A stretch of DNA of 64,000 bases, taken from IMG/VR virus record IMGVR_UViG_3300044800_000286. One strand, written 5' to 3'. Made by a program: the position numbers and the translations under genes. This DNA is from a virus. Shown here one piece after another: positions 48,482 to 56,533 of this stretch. How positions within the stretch are numbered: the first letter of the stretch is position 1; every line of letters starts with the position of its first letter. The notes beneath the pieces are model-generated. The model searched no databases. It was not told the DNA's origin and saw only the letters and a list, made by a program, of their open reading frames with translations.

Positions 48482-50310
48482 CAGTCATCCTCCTCACCGG
48501 CGACACGGCTGAGCCTCGGCTTTTCGTCTTCCGCCTGCGGGAAATTCACCGTGAAGCCCATCGTTTCCTTGCCGGACTTGATCTTCAGCGACCCTTTCTT
48601 GAAGTTGGTCTTGAGGCGGGCCAAGGTCTCCTTGCGGTCCAGCCCGAGGCAATAGGACGCCACGACAAGCTCGCGCAGGTGGGCCAAGCCCAGCCCCTCC
48701 GTGGCATCGACCAACTCGTCCAGTTCCTTCTCCGGCATGTGGTCCTTGAGCAGGTTACGCAGGTAGGCCCTCCGCGCCTCGGCCACCGGGTGGTTCAGCC
48801 CCACCACGAGGTCGAAGCGACCGGGGCGCTTCACGATGCGGTCCTCAAGCTGGTCCGGCTTGTTGGTGGTGTTGTGTTGAAGTAACCCCTCGCCTATAAA
48901 GGTTTTGGTGCTGGTTCCAAGAGCAACAACAGGACCAGGTCCGATTTCTTCAACAGACACTACCTTGTCGTACTCCGGGCAGATTTTAGTTCCATCCAAA
49001 ATTTTTAACAACAATTGGTTGGCTAGAAGCCGGATCGGACGAATGGAGCCGAGAAATTTAAGCTGTTTCCATTTTCCTCCTTTGAGGTCTATGCCTATCT
49101 GCGGACGTAGCGGGGTCTTGCCATCTTGGCACACCCCCCTCCCTCCGCTGGTTGTTTGCGGCTTGCGGTCGTAAGCTGTGAAGTTGAACCCCGTTTCGTT
49201 AAGAAATTTCTTTGTCTTATCGACTACTATCCCCTTCGCTTGAGCCCATTTCACACGAAACGTCCGACCCCCCGTGTTGTTGTCGCCGATATTGAGGCTG
49301 CCTTCCGCATCGTACTGGGCGGACAAATAGGCTCCCGCTTCGGAAGCGTCGGTCTCCCATGGCTTGCCGATTGAAACTACTCGGTTGGCCGCCTTAAGGT
49401 CTTCAACAAAACGCCATTCAGGAGAACAAGAGCCTAACTTAACTAAGAACGGATGGTGCTCGCTAACCACGATTTCCGTGCCGCTTTCCATTTTTACCCG
49501 AAACCGTTTTTTTGTAACCAGCGGGCAGGCTTCAACTGTAGCAACTCTCAGCTTTCTTCCCAGACCTTTGCCGAATTTGCGGGTCTCATCAAAGGCCGCT
49601 ATTCTATCTCCCGGTACTAGTTCATCTGCCCGTACCCAGGAAAGATCGGCCTTCAAAATACGTGTTTCAGGGGCAGGACAAGCGAGATGGACTATATGCT
49701 CCACCTGCGTCTCGCCGTCGAGGAGCGCCAGCAGGGCGCGGGCGGACGAGGACTCGTCGCTGCTCCCCATGAAAGTCTCGATGTCCTCGATGATGGTGAG
49801 GATCGGCCGCCGCGCCTCGATCTGGCGGATGCCGCCGAGGGCGTTCTCGGCCAGCCTGCAATTGGTGACCATGACCACGATGCCGTCGCGCTTCACAACG
49901 TCGTCGCACAGCAGGCGGATGATGCTGGTCTTTCCCGACCCCGCCGGGCCGTACATGAGGATGCCCCGCTTGTGCAGCAGCCCCGTCTGCTGGAAAAGGC
50001 TTTCGCGCTCCCAGAAGACCTTGATCTGGTCGAGGATGTAGTCGATGGGCATGCCCGGCAGCCGGAGCAGGGTGTCGGACGGGAACTTGACCTTGCTGAG
50101 GTACCAGCCCGCATTGTCGTTGTCGATCTCGTAGATGCCAGCGGGGACGGTATCCTGGGTCTTGCCCACGGGGCGGTACAGCCCCTTGTGCAGGCTCCAG
50201 TGGTAGTACTCGTTCTGGTCGTCGTCCGCGACTCCGCCGCTGTCGCGTTTCGGCTGGCCTTCTGTTGCTGTTTCCGGCTCGTCTTCGTTGTAATCGCGGT
50301 TTTTGCCCAT
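48481..50310 (-). CDS. AAA+ ATPase with an intein
   Basis: KRGILMYGPAGSGKT, IIEDIE, LLALLDG, sensor-I HLA|TTN, KRPGRFD. Confidence 0.92.
   Translation of the reverse strand: MGKNRDYNEDEPETATEGQPKRDSGGVADDDQNEYYHWSLHKGLYRPVGKTQDTVPAGIYEIDNDNAGWYLSKVKFPSDTLLRLPGMPIDYILDQIKVFWERESLFQQTGLLHKRGILMYGPAGSGKTSIIRLLCDDVVKRDGIVVMVTNCRLAENALGGIRQIEARRPILTIIEDIETFMGSSDESSSARALLALLDGETQVEHIVHLACPAPETRILKADLSWVRADELVPGDRIAAFDETRKFGKGLGRKLRVATVEACPLVTKKRFRVKMESGTEIVVSEHHPFLVKLGSCSPEWRFVEDLKAANRVVSIGKPWETDASEAGAYLSAQYDAEGSLNIGDNNTGGRTFRVKWAQAKGIVVDKTKKFLNETGFNFTAYDRKPQTTSGGRGVCQDGKTPLRPQIGIDLKGGKWKQLKFLGSIRPIRLLANQLLLKILDGTKICPEYDKVVSVEEIGPGPVVALGTSTKTFIGEGLLQHNTTNKPDQLEDRIVKRPGRFDLVVGLNHPVAEARRAYLRNLLKDHMPEKELDELVDATEGLGLAHLRELVVASYCLGLDRKETLARLKTNFKKGSLKIKSGKETMGFTVNFPQAEDEKPRLSRVAGEEDD
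48871..49680 (-). mobile_element. Intein (270 aa) in the AAA+ sensor-I motif
   Basis: CPAPETRIL...SEHHPFL...YDAEG...GLLQHN followed by Thr. Confidence 0.92.
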
Positions 50311-50321
50311 GAAGCCTAATA

Positions 50322-50690
50322 CTAGGCCCCAGGCAACAACTCCGTAAGATTTCGCAGCGAGAATGGCTTTTCCAACAGGGGCACGTCCTTGACCGAATCG
50401 TCCAAGGCTTCAAGGGCCGCCCTCGGGTCGCCGGACATCAGCGCCATGCGCTGGGCGGGAACCAGCTTGCGAATCTCGCGCGGCAAGTCCGCCCCGTGGC
50501 GAATCTCCTTGCTGCCGATGAAATTGAAATCGGTCAGGACGAAATCGAACGGCCCCCGCTCCTTGTAAAGCTCGAATGCCCCGCGGCCCCCCGCTTGCTG
50601 GCTGACCTTGTAGCCCTTGCGCTCGAAGAACGCAGCGAAGCCCTCCCGCACGTCGGGGTCGTCGTCCACAAGCAGGACACGCTTATCCAT
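50322..50690 (-). CDS. Single-domain response regulator (CheY-like receiver)
   Basis: VLLVDDD, FDFVLTD, LMSG, LEKPF. Confidence 0.92.
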   Translation of the reverse strand: MDKRVLLVDDDPDVREGFAAFFERKGYKVSQQAGGRGAFELYKERGPFDFVLTDFNFIGSKEIRHGADLPREIRKLVPAQRMALMSGDPRAALEALDDSVKDVPLLEKPFSLRNLTELLPGA

Positions 50691-51046
50691 TTGAGGTCTC
50701 CGGGCATTTTTGATCCGGTTTGAGGTGTTCTCCGTATGGGCGGTGGCAATCAGCGCAATGCTCGTCGCACTCGCTTGTCATCTCCCAATGCATTCCGTTG
50801 CCGCGTTGCCTCTTTTTGGCGGCCCATCGGAGCGCCTGTTCGGCGGCGACCAAGGACGCGCTTTCCATGATGAGGTACCCCATTTCCCGGTACGTGAATT
50901 TGCCGTGGTTGGCTTTGATGATGGGGCGCGGGACGGCTTCGACTTTCCCTTGGAAGTCCTGCGCTCTCTGGGCGTGCTGTTTCTATCGATCATTTTCCCC
51001 CTTCCTCCGCCGCACGGCAGTTCCGTGCGACTCTCAAGGAGGAGTC

Positions 51047-51319
51047 ATGAATACTGCGATACCAATGTCGAGAGGCAAGCAGTTCGACGAGGCGGTCGTG
51101 AAGGTGCTGCAAAACGGCCCGCTCACGACCCGCTACCAATATCGCTTGGCTGCCCTGCTCTTTCCACGGCTGGAGTCAGGCAGCATGTGCAGCCACGGCA
51201 AGGAAGGCTTGGAGTGGCATCACGAGCTTCGCACGGCCCAGAAGCGGCTCCGCATCGCCGGGGTGATCGAGCGCCTGCACGTAGCGAAGCGCAACGACCT
51301 GTGGAGGCTGGCGAGCTAG
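51047..51319 (+). CDS. Winged-helix protein (Mrr N-terminal-like)
   Basis: WHHELRTAQKRLRIAGVIE...DLWRL; AAGGAGG RBS. Confidence 0.55.
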   Translation: MNTAIPMSRGKQFDEAVVKVLQNGPLTTRYQYRLAALLFPRLESGSMCSHGKEGLEWHHELRTAQKRLRIAGVIERLHVAKRNDLWRLAS

Positions 51320-51343
51320 GGCTTGCGGTCTTTCAGGATTTTA

Positions 51344-52699
51344 TTAAGGAGCTTCGTGCTTGTGTTTAGGGATTTTGCCGTGCTCTTCTTTAGTCATCCA
51401 CGTGACTATTCCGTATGACTCTTTGTATGCCTTCAGGAACTCTTCCAGCGTCGCGTCCTGCGGGGCCGTCAGCAGGTCTCGGGCTGCTTTATTCCGGGGA
51501 TAGACATGATGGTTGGTGTAGCCTTTTTGTTTCTTGTTCGTGTAGACAGACGGAAGGTAGTAGACGGACGCCCCAATTGTATCTAAGACCTGCATTTTCT
51601 GGTTACTGTTGTAGGACCGGAAGCGTGGACGCAACCAATTCACCATGTCTATGACCACTTGTGCACGTTCTTGCAGCCGTTGTTCTTGTTTCGGAGTAAA
51701 CATGATATACACCGCCGCCGCATCACCAGGTCGTATGCGGGAGCCCAAGCCAAGCCCGTGGAATTGTTGACATTCTCCAATTTCGCACCCGCATTTAAAC
51801 TCAAAAGCCGATGCTTCGGGGCCGTGGGCAAAACAGACCCAGCGGTCTTTTGCCCTCCCCCACACGTCCCTGCACCCGCACAGCTTGCCATCCACTTCCG
51901 CTTCGCAGGTCGGCACGCGGGGCACCAACTCGCCGTTGTCGTTAAGCGTCACGCGGCTCATCGGTCTTCCTCCGTGTCGATCAAATCCTCGATGCGATTG
52001 GCGAGCCGCCGCAGCTTCAGGTATGCTTTTCCGCCGCAAAAATCCATTTGCTCTTGCAGCGCAATCACCAGCGTCGGCAGCAATACTTGGGGAAGCTCCG
52101 TCCGGTCCTTCCACATTTCAGCCAGCAAGCGCTGCGCCCGGTCGTAGGCGATTTCGCGTTCTTTGGTTGTCATTGCAACTCCTTTGCCAACCGGCGCACA
52201 TAGGCGCACGGGTCGCAATCGCAGTTTTCGCCGTCCCGCTGGGCTAGCAGCCGCGGTATTTCTGCTTCCGGCGTCAATGCTTCGTATTCGTTTGTGATCA
52301 TGATTTCCTTTTCCCGAACCAGCGGAACAGCCCGCTTCCGGACAACGGCGTCGGCACGGAATTGGTAATCGCTTTGGCCGTGGAGAAGAGGGAGGCGATC
52401 TCGACGCCCTCTCGCTTCCTGTCGATCTCCGTGCCTTAGCGCGTGTACCCCGCGATCTCGTGCGACAGGGACTTCCAATCAAAACGTGCATGTGGGGCGA
52501 TGGACACTGTAGTTTACACCTTTCCTGTGAGAGCGCGTATCTTTTTTTTGTCTTCCGACAACTGCGCTTGGAGGGAGAGCACCAGCCGCGCTTCCTCGTT
52601 CGTCATCGGGTACTTGGACTGGACCGTGCCGATCTGTTCCTCGTACTGAGCGACACGGGTTTCGAGCATTTCGATCTGTTGGCCTAGGGTGGGGTCCAC
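51344..52699 (-). CDS. Cluster of hypothetical genes (51344-51961, 51958-~52173, 52170-~52302, 52514-52699)
   Basis: Coupled ORFs with RBSs. Confidence 0.5.
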
Positions 52700-52791
52700 G
52701 GCAATTCCTCCTGCCCTAAGTATACAGGGGGCCGGGAGATTTGACTAGGTACCGGGGAACTAGTACGAAAGGTGGTGCCGGGAGGGGGAGT

Positions 52792-53295
52792 TCAGCCTAT
52801 GGCGGCTGCCAAAGTTTCAGTACGGACGCTTGGGCCTTTTCTTCCCCATGTTTCGGTTTGCGAGTGGCAATTGGGGCACAAAAATCTCAAATTGTTTTTT
52901 CGGTTGTCCCACCATTGTCCGCTTTCATGGTCTATTTCCAGAATTAGCGGTTCTCCTCGCCAAATGGGGAGACAATGGCATTTACAACATTCGTACGGAA
53001 CACCCGATTCAATCAACGCCCGACGTAAAACTGCGGCGTGTTCTTTCCGTTGTTCTGGCGAGCGAAGAACTAAAATCTCCTCCCATTGACGACGATTTTT
53101 GGGACGTACTCCCCTGTTCCTCCGTCGGCCCAAAAAGTGGGACGTGTCAAGCCCATAAATTCTTATCCATCGAGAAATGTTTCCTTGTGTCCCCCCGCTT
53201 TGCCGCAGCCCCAATTTGCGGATTATTTCCGCAAGGGTTAAACTATCTGCTACAAGCGGAGACAAAACCTCTTTTGTGTACTTTACATGTCTCAT
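52792..53295 (-). CDS. HNH endonuclease
   Basis: LILEIDHESGQWWDNRKNNLRFLCPNCHSQT. Confidence 0.92.
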   Translation of the reverse strand: MRHVKYTKEVLSPLVADSLTLAEIIRKLGLRQSGGTQGNISRWIRIYGLDTSHFLGRRRNRGVRPKNRRQWEEILVLRSPEQRKEHAAVLRRALIESGVPYECCKCHCLPIWRGEPLILEIDHESGQWWDNRKNNLRFLCPNCHSQTETWGRKGPSVRTETLAAAIG

Positions 53296-53354
53296 GGTAG
53301 ACTCCCCTACACATGAGATTGATAGTCTGCCAATTACAACACTACCGATGAATT

Positions 53355-53431
53355 TGGTGGCCGACCGGGGATTCGAACCCCGAAAATCTTCCTTCTGAGG
53401 GAAGCGGATATGCCGGTTCTCCTAGTCGGCC
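53355..53431 (-). tRNA. tRNA-Leu(CAG), short variable loop
   Basis: GGCCGAC/GTCGGCC acceptor stem, CTTCC-CTCAGAA-GGAAG, CCA. Confidence 0.9.
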
Positions 53432-53436
53432 AAACT

Positions 53437-53527
53437 TGGTGCGGAAGGTGAGAGTCGAACTCACAAGGGGGCTTGCGCCCCAGTGGATTTTAAGTCCACG
53501 GCCTCCGGCCAATCGGGCTGCTCCCGC
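53437..53527 (-). tRNA. tRNA-Leu(TAA)
   Basis: GTGGA-CTTAAAA-TCCAC, long variable arm, CCA. Confidence 0.9.
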
Positions 53528-53532
53528 AAAGT

Positions 53533-53622
53533 TGGTGGCGGATGAGAGACTCGAACTCTCACGGGCTGCTAAGTCCCGGCAGATTTTGAGTCTGCTGCGT
53601 CTGCCAGTTCCGCCAATCCGCC
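53533..53622 (-). tRNA. tRNA-Leu(CAA)
   Basis: GCAGA-CTCAAAA-TCTGC, long variable arm, CCA. Confidence 0.94.
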
Positions 53623-53628
53623 AAATTT

Positions 53629-53719
53629 TGGTGCGGGCGAGTGGATTCGAACCACCACGGAGTTTAACCTCCGCCAGCCCCTCAAGCTGGTGCGTCTCGC
53701 CAAGTTTCGCCACGCCCGC
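53629..53719 (-). tRNA. tRNA-Leu(GAG)
   Basis: CCAGC-TTGAGGG-GCTGG, long variable arm, CCA. Confidence 0.94.
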
Positions 53720-53731
53720 GAATCTATATCT

Positions 53732-53811
53732 TGGTGCGCAGAGCGGGACTCGAACCCGCAAGCCGTACGTTCTAAGCGTACGAGGTATGCCAAGATTCCC
53801 TTCACCTGCGC
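53732..53811 (-). tRNA. tRNA-Leu(TAG), short variable loop
   Basis: GTACG-CTTAGAA-CGTAC, GTTCGAG T-loop, CCA. Confidence 0.88.
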
Positions 53812-53820
53812 ACTTCAAAC

Positions 53821-53908
53821 TGGTGGAGCGAGCGGGCATCGAACCTGCCATGTCCGCAAGGGACGCCAGGTCTACAGCCCGGTGCACCGCCATTGGTGCG
53901 TTCGCTCC
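53821..53908 (-). tRNA. tRNA-Tyr(GTA)
   Basis: CCGGG-CTGTAGA-CCTGG, long variable arm, CCA. Confidence 0.9.
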
Positions 53909-53923
53909 AAAACTCTTCACCCC

Positions 53924-53960
53924 AAAAACAATAGAGCCGCCGAATCGCTTCAGCGGCTCT
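53924..53960 (-). terminator. Intrinsic terminator (attenuator 3:4) before the first tRNA
   Basis: AGAGCCGCTGAA-GCGA-TTCGGCGGCTCT followed by ATTGTTTTT. Confidence 0.8.
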
Positions 53961-53985
53961 GTCGGTACCGGGGCTGTAATTTCGT

Positions 53986-54063
53986 TTACCCGATGGACAT
54001 ACCGCTGCCGAAGCTACGAAGGTAGCTATACAGTCGCAACGATAATAGGGCCATCGGGGTCAT
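53986..54063 (-). CDS. Leader peptide MTPMALLSLRLYSYLRSFGSGMSIG
   Basis: GGAG RBS 6 nt before ATG; Leu codons CTA, TTA, TTG, CTG, CTT and Tyr codons TAT, TAC within codons 6-15. Confidence 0.82.
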   Translation of the reverse strand: MTPMALLSLRLYSYLRSFGSGMSIG

Positions 54064-54079
54064 AAAAGTCTCCGTCTAC

Positions 54080-54109
54080 ATAATACTGCGGTAGCTGGAA
54101 AACTGTCAA
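54080..54109 (-). promoter_or_regulatory. Sigma70-type promoter TTGACA-N18-TATTAT (overlaps the AGTATTA motif)
   Basis: -35 at 54109-54104; -10 at 54085-54080. Confidence 0.78.
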
Positions 54110-54218
54110 GAACTATTTTGGGGAACTACCCCTTTAAGTACACAAAAAATCTTGTAAATAGCTTGTTTTCAACACAATACAGCTAGCTAAAATCCCTCCT
54201 CGGCTGTATACTATGGGC

Positions 54219-54959
54219 ATGGAGAAAACGCCCATGAAGACAGCAAAAGTTCGCAACCCGTTCGCAGTTTCAGCCAAGGGGCTCGGGGAATTCAATACTC
54301 CTTGTTTCTGCGAGCGTTGTTTCATCCTCAAGAATCAGATGCGCGGCAAAGACAAGGAAGCGCCTTTCACATTTCCGCCACCGGGGATTTTGTCTCGCCT
54401 TGATTCCATGCAAAAGAAACTCATCAAGAACTCTGCGCTTCCGTCTTTCTTGAGCGCCTACGCTGGACAAGAATGTATCGAACTCCACCGCATGACTTTC
54501 ACTGACTCTGAGACTGGCATCGAATTGACTGGCGTCCCCGATTTGGCGTTCCGTGATGCGGACGGCAACATCACCATTTTGGATTTGAAGAGCAGCAAAC
54601 CTCCCGCCGAAGCGACGGAGTGGTCCGAGAGGATGCTCGCCATTTACGCCGCCCAATTGCACGCCTACAAGACGCTGCTTGAAGCCCGCGGCGAGGGGAA
54701 AGTGACCTCGCTCAGCATAGTGTATTTGTGGCCCGATACGATGATCAGCGCCGAGGGTGGCGTCAGCGTCGAGTTCAAGGCGACCGAACTCCCCGTGGCT
54801 CTCGACGGCACGCTCATCTCCCGCCTGTTTCAGAAGGCGAAGGCGTTGCTCGACTCCGAACTGCCCGCTCCGACCGCTGGTTGCGCCGACTGTGCCCGTG
54901 TGGCGAACTTTCTCGTGCTCTTGAACGCTGCGCCGAAGGCTGAGGGGGTGGGGGCATAA
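54219..54959 (+). CDS. PD-(D/E)XK nuclease (RecB/Cas4-like)
   Basis: LTGVPD...ILDLKS...QLHAY, with Cys clusters at both ends (CFCERC; CADC). Confidence 0.85.
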   Translation: MEKTPMKTAKVRNPFAVSAKGLGEFNTPCFCERCFILKNQMRGKDKEAPFTFPPPGILSRLDSMQKKLIKNSALPSFLSAYAGQECIELHRMTFTDSETGIELTGVPDLAFRDADGNITILDLKSSKPPAEATEWSERMLAIYAAQLHAYKTLLEARGEGKVTSLSIVYLWPDTMISAEGGVSVEFKATELPVALDGTLISRLFQKAKALLDSELPAPTAGCADCARVANFLVLLNAAPKAEGVGA

Positions 54960-56533
54960 TGTCAGCACGACTCACAATCGAAGAAGCCGAGCGTCGTTGT
55001 CCTGATATGGTCAAAGGTCAGGCATGGAAAGGCAATCACGCCGAATATAAATTTCTTTGCGAAGTGCACGGAGAATATGAACAAGAATTTAATCGCCACG
55101 CCCGTGGCGCGGGTTGCCAGAAATGCGGACGTGAAAGTATGGCCGAGGCGCAAAGCCTCACAATTCAGGAAATGGAGCACCGCTGTTCCGACATGATTAA
55201 AGGTCAGATATGCAAAGGCACTCACGCCAAGTACTGGTTTATCTGTGGGGATCATGGGCAGTACAAGCAAGAATTTAAGTCGCATGTGGCGGGAAGGGGC
55301 TGTAGAATCTGCGGACGCGAAAAATGTATCGCAAATAGACGACTAACACTCGAAAAAAAGTGGCACAAGGACGACAGATTTAAGCCGGGAAAACGAATAC
55401 CGGGAACAGACTTGGCATACATTGGTCCGTCCAGCCGCAAGACCAGCGGCGGGAATTTCATGGCGGGGGTTCGGTGTCTGCCACATGGAAATAAGTTCGA
55501 GGTGTCTTTTTCCCTCTTGAAAACCGGAAGTCCCACTACTTGCCGAAATAATGAAGCTTGCAATCTTTATGGATTCGAGCCGGGAAAACAGATACCGGAT
55601 ACCGACTTGATATATGTTGGCCCATCCGACCGCAAAAACAGCAGTGGGAAGCGGATGATCGTGGTTCGTTGCGTCCCGCACGGGAACACATTTGAGGTTA
55701 CTTTGCGTGGTGTGAAATCTGGATATGGGACGAGTTGCAGAAGCAATCCTGCTTGCGTCCTGCATGGATTTGAGCCGGGCAAGGTCATACCGGGGACGAG
55801 CCTTACATTTATGCGGAACATGGGAATCCAAAAAAGAAATAGGCATCAGTGGGGGCAGCGCAGCATCATTGTGCGGTGCGAGCACGGAAACGAATTTGAG
55901 ATTCCGCTAGTTCAAGTAAAGAGCGGAACCACCACTAGCTGCATGAAAAATCCTGCCTGTGTCGTCCGTGGATTTGAGCTAGGTAAGTTGATTCCAGATA
56001 CAAACTTCATTTACCAAGGGTATGAGACAGGACGCGATGGAAAACCGGGGCGCGCTTTGGTTGCCTGCCTTTGTGGTAAGGAACTTCGAATCCCCCTCGG
56101 CAACCTTCGAAATGGGGGATCGACAAGCTGTGGCTGCATTAAAACTTCAAAACTGGTAAGGGCTGTCAAAGAATTTTTAACCGCATCGAACATTTCTTTT
56201 GTTTGTGAAAAAAGGTTCGATGAATGCCGCGGACAGGAAGGTCACCACGGGCGCGTTCGCTTGCCTTTCGACTTTTACCTTACCCAGCTAGAAACTTTAA
56301 TCGAATGCCAAGGCATGCAGCATTACCGTCCCATACGGTGGAGCAAAAACACGTCGATAAAGCAGGCCGAGCAAAATTTTCAGGATTTGCTTCACCGTGA
56401 CCGCATCAAGAAGGCTTGGGCGGGACGCAACGGCTACACCCTGATCGTCGTCCCCTATACGATCAAGAACATCGCATCGTTCCTCGAAGACATGCTTCCA
56501 AAGCGCCAGAAGCGTGAAAGGGCTGGGGTGTAA
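54959..56533 (+). CDS. Zn-ribbon repeat protein with a C-terminal Vsr/DUF559-like endonuclease
   Basis: Repeated C..HG..F...G...C units; LPFDFYL...LIECQGMQHY...RDRIKK...NGYTLIVVPY. Confidence 0.8.
   Translation: MSARLTIEEAERRCPDMVKGQAWKGNHAEYKFLCEVHGEYEQEFNRHARGAGCQKCGRESMAEAQSLTIQEMEHRCSDMIKGQICKGTHAKYWFICGDHGQYKQEFKSHVAGRGCRICGREKCIANRRLTLEKKWHKDDRFKPGKRIPGTDLAYIGPSSRKTSGGNFMAGVRCLPHGNKFEVSFSLLKTGSPTTCRNNEACNLYGFEPGKQIPDTDLIYVGPSDRKNSSGKRMIVVRCVPHGNTFEVTLRGVKSGYGTSCRSNPACVLHGFEPGKVIPGTSLTFMRNMGIQKRNRHQWGQRSIIVRCEHGNEFEIPLVQVKSGTTTSCMKNPACVVRGFELGKLIPDTNFIYQGYETGRDGKPGRALVACLCGKELRIPLGNLRNGGSTSCGCIKTSKLVRAVKEFLTASNISFVCEKRFDECRGQEGHHGRVRLPFDFYLTQLETLIECQGMQHYRPIRWSKNTSIKQAEQNFQDLLHRDRIKKAWAGRNGYTLIVVPYTIKNIASFLEDMLPKRQKRERAGV

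Noticed and set aside
53930-54070. T-box riboswitch as the tRNA-operon regulator
   Set aside because: No T-box consensus (AAnnnnGGTGGnACC) or Stem I; a translated leader explains the region better.
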